A program made the translations under genes and the position numbers. 64,000 bases of DNA. Source: an uncultured Actinomycetota bacterium. Its GTDB lineage: Bacteria > Actinomycetota > Actinomycetes > DATJPE01. Below, in pieces: positions 60,523 through 64,000 of the stretch. The stretch spans positions 27,103 to 91,102 of the forward strand of contig CAWFYM010000002.1 of NCBI GenBank assembly GCA_963820065.1. The letters run 5' to 3'. How positions within the stretch are numbered: position 1 is the first letter of the stretch; the number at the start of each line of letters is the position of its first letter. Under the pieces are notes generated by a model, which was not told the origin of the DNA, made no database searches, and saw only the letters and a program-made list of their open reading frames with translations.

Positions 60523-61069
60523 TTACTCCGACATCGCGACGACCGGGCTGATCGTCATCGATTCCAGGAGGTTGTAGGCCAGGTACCAGGCGTCCACCCC
60601 GCCGGCGCCGAGCTGGGCCGACAGGTCGATCGCCTGCACCGTGTCGGCGTTCGAGCGGATCAGCACGAACTGGCCTTCCTCGATCCGCACGTTCGAGCGG
60701 TCGCAAGCTGGCCATCCGTCGATCCGCACTACCGGCTCGCGGTCGGCCCCACGCCATCGACAGGCCGAGGGCCAGCAAGATCGCCGCGGCCTGGGCGAGC
60801 ACCACCGTCGCGGCGGCGGCGGCCACCGCCAGCGGAGCGTCGGCGTCGCGACGGAGCGACGTGGACGGACGCCTTCACGTCGGGCCACGGCCGGATGAGT
60901 CGGACGCCGTCGCGGAGAGCCGATCAAGATCGTCGGCGACCGACGTCCAGACCTGATCCCACGCCTGAGCCGAGGGCTCGACCGGACGGGTCGCCTCCCA
61001 CAGGGCGTCAAGCCGGGCGGCCGGATCGCGGATTTCTTCGTCGCCACGCATCGTTCCCATCCTCTCCAA
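60523..61069 (-). pseudogene. Putative single-pass anti-sigma factor, frameshifted as written
   Basis: It starts 7 nt after the sigma stop. Cytoplasmic N-terminus (MRGDEEIRDPAARLDALWEATRP), TM segment AAAAATVVLAQAAAILLALGLSMAW, then an extracytoplasmic tail ending at 60523. Confidence 0.45.
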
Positions 61070-61075
61070 ACACCT

Positions 61076-61656
61076 TCAGTCGAGCCCTTTGAGCTGGTTC
61101 CAGTCGAGCGCCGCCTGCAACTTCTCGCGGGCCGCGTTGATCCGGCTCATGACCGTCCCGATGGGGACTTCCTGGGTCTCGGCGATTTCCTTGTAACTCA
61201 TCCCAAGCTCGGCGAACAGGACGAAGGTCGTGCGGATCTTGGGGGAGAGCCGGTTCCAGCGCCTCGTCGAGCGCCCGTCGCAGGTCTTGCTGTCGCAGCC
61301 GCCGTCCCGGGTCTTCGTCGATCGTCGCCGTCCGAGGTTCGCTCGTCGAGGGGGACTGTTCGCTTCCGCTTCCGGCTCCGACCCCAGTCGAGGGCCGAAT
61401 TCGAGACGATCCGCAGGAGCCAGAACCGGAACCCGCCCCGGCCGTCGAAATCGGCCAGCCGCGAAAACGCCTTCAGCAACGATTCTTGAACCACGTCGAG
61501 GGCGTCGTGCTCGTTGCCCAGCAGCCGGTAGGCCACCCGGTAGGCGTCGTTCCGATGCCGCTGAAACAGCTCCTCACGCGCCGCCGAATCCCGCTGCCGG
61601 GCACGCTGAACCAGGACTTCATCGGTGATCGGCGCGATCGTCGGGGCCTCGAGCAT
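61076..61656 (-). pseudogene. ECF sigma-70 family factor, two +1 frameshifts as written
   Basis: Region 2 is intact (REELFQRHRNDAYRVAYRLLGNEHDALDVVQESLLKAFSRLADFDGRGGFRFWLLRIVSNSALDWGRSR). Region 4 (SPKIRTTFVLFAELGMSYKEIAETQEVPIGTVMSRINAAREKL) lies in another frame and ends at 61076. Confidence 0.75.
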
Positions 61657-62302
61657 ACGATCTCCTACCCATTGCAGACGCCGAACCGCCCGGCCTTATT
61701 CGCCCCGCTCCGAGGCGGCGTCGCCAATCTATTATCGCTCAACGCCCATCCGAGTTCACCCGCGTTCGGCCTGTTTCACCATGGACGGCACGGCCGCCTC
61801 GCCCGTGTCGGCGTTTCGGGGTTGACCACTTGAGGCGATCCTTGCAAAATGCGGCCCTCAAGTAACAGGAGGTTCCACACCCTTGGCATTCACTTCTTAC
61901 GCCCGGCCCCTTGCGACTTGAGCCCGAATCGGCTGACTGGCGAGCGGGGAGACGGACCGAGCCCCTTGCAGCGGGCGATCGTGAAGACCAGGAGGTCTTG
62001 CGGACGGTCGCGGCGGGGGAGCGGCTCTTCTCGAACGCGAAGGCGGCCCTCGGGTCGCGTTTTCGACTACGAGAACGGACTGGTCCGCAAATCGCCGCGA
62101 GATTCATGCTCTTCAGGAGGAAGATCGGATCTCGACCCGCGAAACTCGCCCGAAAACCTTCGGGATCGCATCGAGCCGGCCTACCGACCGGGACGGTCGA
62201 GCGCGACCGAGGAGGTCGACGACTGACGGGGGTAGGATGGAGATCGATCAGGCCCTCGGTAACGCCGAATTCATGCAGCTATCAAGGAGGATACTCGCCG
62301 TG

Positions 62303-62940
62303 ATGCGTCGTTGTTTTGCCCCCACGGCAGTACTGGCGGCCACGTTCATCCTGGCGATGGACGCGCGGACGGACGTGCCCACGCCAGCACCATCAATCCG
62401 AACGCCTCGACGGCCGTCGCCGAATTACCGACTCACCGTGAACGGCGGGCTGCCGGTCCCGGACGCCAACATCGCCGGCCCGCAAGTCGTGGCGATGGTC
62501 GCTCCGGCCGGCGGTGTCGTCCCCCCGACCAACGCCGACGGCACCCAGGGCAGCCCCCTGACCGTCCTGAGCGACTCGACGGGCTTCGACCCCAGCCAAC
62601 TGGTCGTCGCCCTCAAGGACGCCACCAGCGACGTCGGGCGAACCGGAGCAACTGCTCGGCCTGGTCTTCTTCGGCAAGGGCCTCGACGCCGACGGCGTGC
62701 TCCACTTCAGCCTGAGCATCGACAAGGCGCTCGCCGCCAACCCGCCGACGCTCGTCTCGTCCACTCCGGGCGTCACCATCACCGCCGACTCCGTCGCTCC
62801 GCCGACCGACGGATCGGCTCCGGCGGCTCGACCAACCCTCCGACCGGAGAACGTCCCCGAGCCGGTCGCCGTGCATGCTCTGGTCGGCCGTCGCCGGCGC
62901 CGTCGCCCTCCGCGCTCGCCGGCAGTGCAGCGAGCGCTGA
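62303..62940 (+). pseudogene. Secreted protein with a PEP-CTERM sorting signal, frameshifted as written
   Basis: AAGGAGG then ATG at 62303 with signal MRRCFAPTAVLAATFILA. After a 1-nt correction the C-terminus reads VPEPVAVMLWSAVAGAVALRARRQ. Confidence 0.55.
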
Positions 62941-63197
62941 AAACTCGACGCGGCCGTCGACACGCCCGGCGTACACACGTTCGCCGCGGCGTTTTTTTAC
63001 TCGCGAATCGCGGCGACTTTTTTGAACTCGCCGTGAACTGCAAGCCGCCAACCTGACTGGTTTCCCGGGAATCTTCCTCGAAAAAACTGTAGCGTGACGC
63101 AAAACGAATCAAGCATAATCACAAGACACAAGGGATGACGTACAGCCCGCTGGCTTGCATGACCGCTCTTCAGAGCGTACCTTAATAGAGCCAAGCC

Positions 63198-63970
63198 ATG
63201 AACGACACCCCCGCGCACTTCATCGCCGTCTGTCCGAGCTGCCTGCTCGGATTGAGGGTGAACTACGAGTACAGTGGGCGGATGGTCCGCTGTCGTCACT
63301 GCGACGAGGCGTTTCGTCCGTTCTCGCCCGACTTCGGCTCGGCCTCGGGATCGGCGGAATACGCCGTGGGGCCGGTCGCGGCGGCCGAGGACCGAACCGG
63401 AACTGGTCGTCTCGTGCCCGGAGCTGCGCGACGACGTTGAGCGTGCCGCGCCCGGTACGCGGGCCGTCACGTCCGTTGCGGCGGCTGCCGGCACAAGTTC
63501 CTGGTCGTCCCCGACAGCGGCGACCGGCGAATCCCGCCGAAGCCTCCGATAGCCGACTCGGACCCGGCCGATCAGGACGAGCGGACCCCCGATCCCGACG
63601 TCAGGCGGAGCGAGATCGCCCGACTGACCGAAGAAGTCGCCGCGCTCCGCGAACGGAACGACCTGCTGCTCGCGTCGATACGACGAATTGAACGCGAAAT
63701 CGAAGCCTGAAGGCCCAGGTCCAGCAACTCGAAGCCGATCGCGAGGCGGCCGAAAGCCGGATCGCCAAGCTGACCGATCGCGTCGACCGCAACGCCCCGT
63801 CGCCCAGGCCCCGTGGGGCTCGCCTCGATCGACGGACGAGGACCAAGACCGCGACGACACCGCCCCGCGACCTTCCCCTTCCGCTCGGAACGCTCGGCCT
63901 CCTCCGGCCGCTGACCCGGTCCGCTGCTCGGCTCGGGCCGAAATCACCTCCGGAGGCGACTGGCAGCTGA
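63198..63970 (+). pseudogene. Zinc-ribbon plus coiled-coil protein, frameshifted as written
   Basis: CPSCLLGLRVNYEYSGRMVRCRHCDEAF, a second CP..C-type ribbon in a shifted frame, then the coiled coil EIARLTEEVAALRERNDLLLASIRRIEREIEALKAQVQQLEADREAAESRIAKL across a frame change. Confidence 0.45.
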
Positions 63971-64000
63971 GCCGCTTATTTAATCACAATGCATCTGTTT

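Noticed and set aside
62985-63025. Two T-runs (T7 and T6) after the PEP-CTERM gene, as intrinsic terminators.
   Set aside because: They are conspicuous in 70% GC DNA, but the preceding stems are only 4-5 bp (CGCCG/CGGCG, CGCG/CGCG). That is too weak to call, and given the insertion errors the homopolymer lengths are themselves unreliable.

Overview
This ~70% GC, 64-kb window is not one locus. Positions 1 to ~51,240 look like an ordinary gene-dense Actinomycetota chromosome segment with GTG/TTG starts and many 4-nt start/stop overlaps. It holds four HisKA_3 kinase / NarL-type regulator pairs. Three of the kinases are paralogues, and two pairs each sit divergently from a paralogous 245-aa DUF4386-like membrane protein. 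Other content: a dimethylglycine-dehydrogenase-like enzyme, an hsp20/MerR pair, a class I aldolase, and several TetR/PadR units with clear palindromic operators. Agmatine deiminase lies next to a fused ureAB-ureC urease that has no accessory genes. A compact thiol/metal-stress unit (Cys-rich micro-ORF, sigma factor fused to a ZAS anti-sigma domain, thioredoxin, DUF302) carries two copies of the same palindrome. The left block also has a frameshifted DUF222/HNH gene, a frameshifted beta-helix gene and an ABC-2 exporter. At ~51,240 an ABC ATPase lacking its Walker A end directly abuts a KdsD gene lacking its N-terminus. From there to 64,000 the content is Gram-negative, probably Planctomycetota-like: kdsD, kdsC, a ~4-kb membrane-anchored protein, two class I aldolases, ECF sigma/anti-sigma, a PEP-CTERM protein and a zinc-ribbon protein. 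Every gene in that right block is broken by serial +1 (single-base insertion) frameshifts. I read this as contig concatenation or a chimeric assembly with an insertion-error-rich right part, not a horizontally acquired island. I recognised no rRNA, tRNA, CRISPR array or intact mobile element. Many long ORFs in the supplied track are high-GC antisense shadows. All homology statements come from motif recognition by eye, because no searches could be run.
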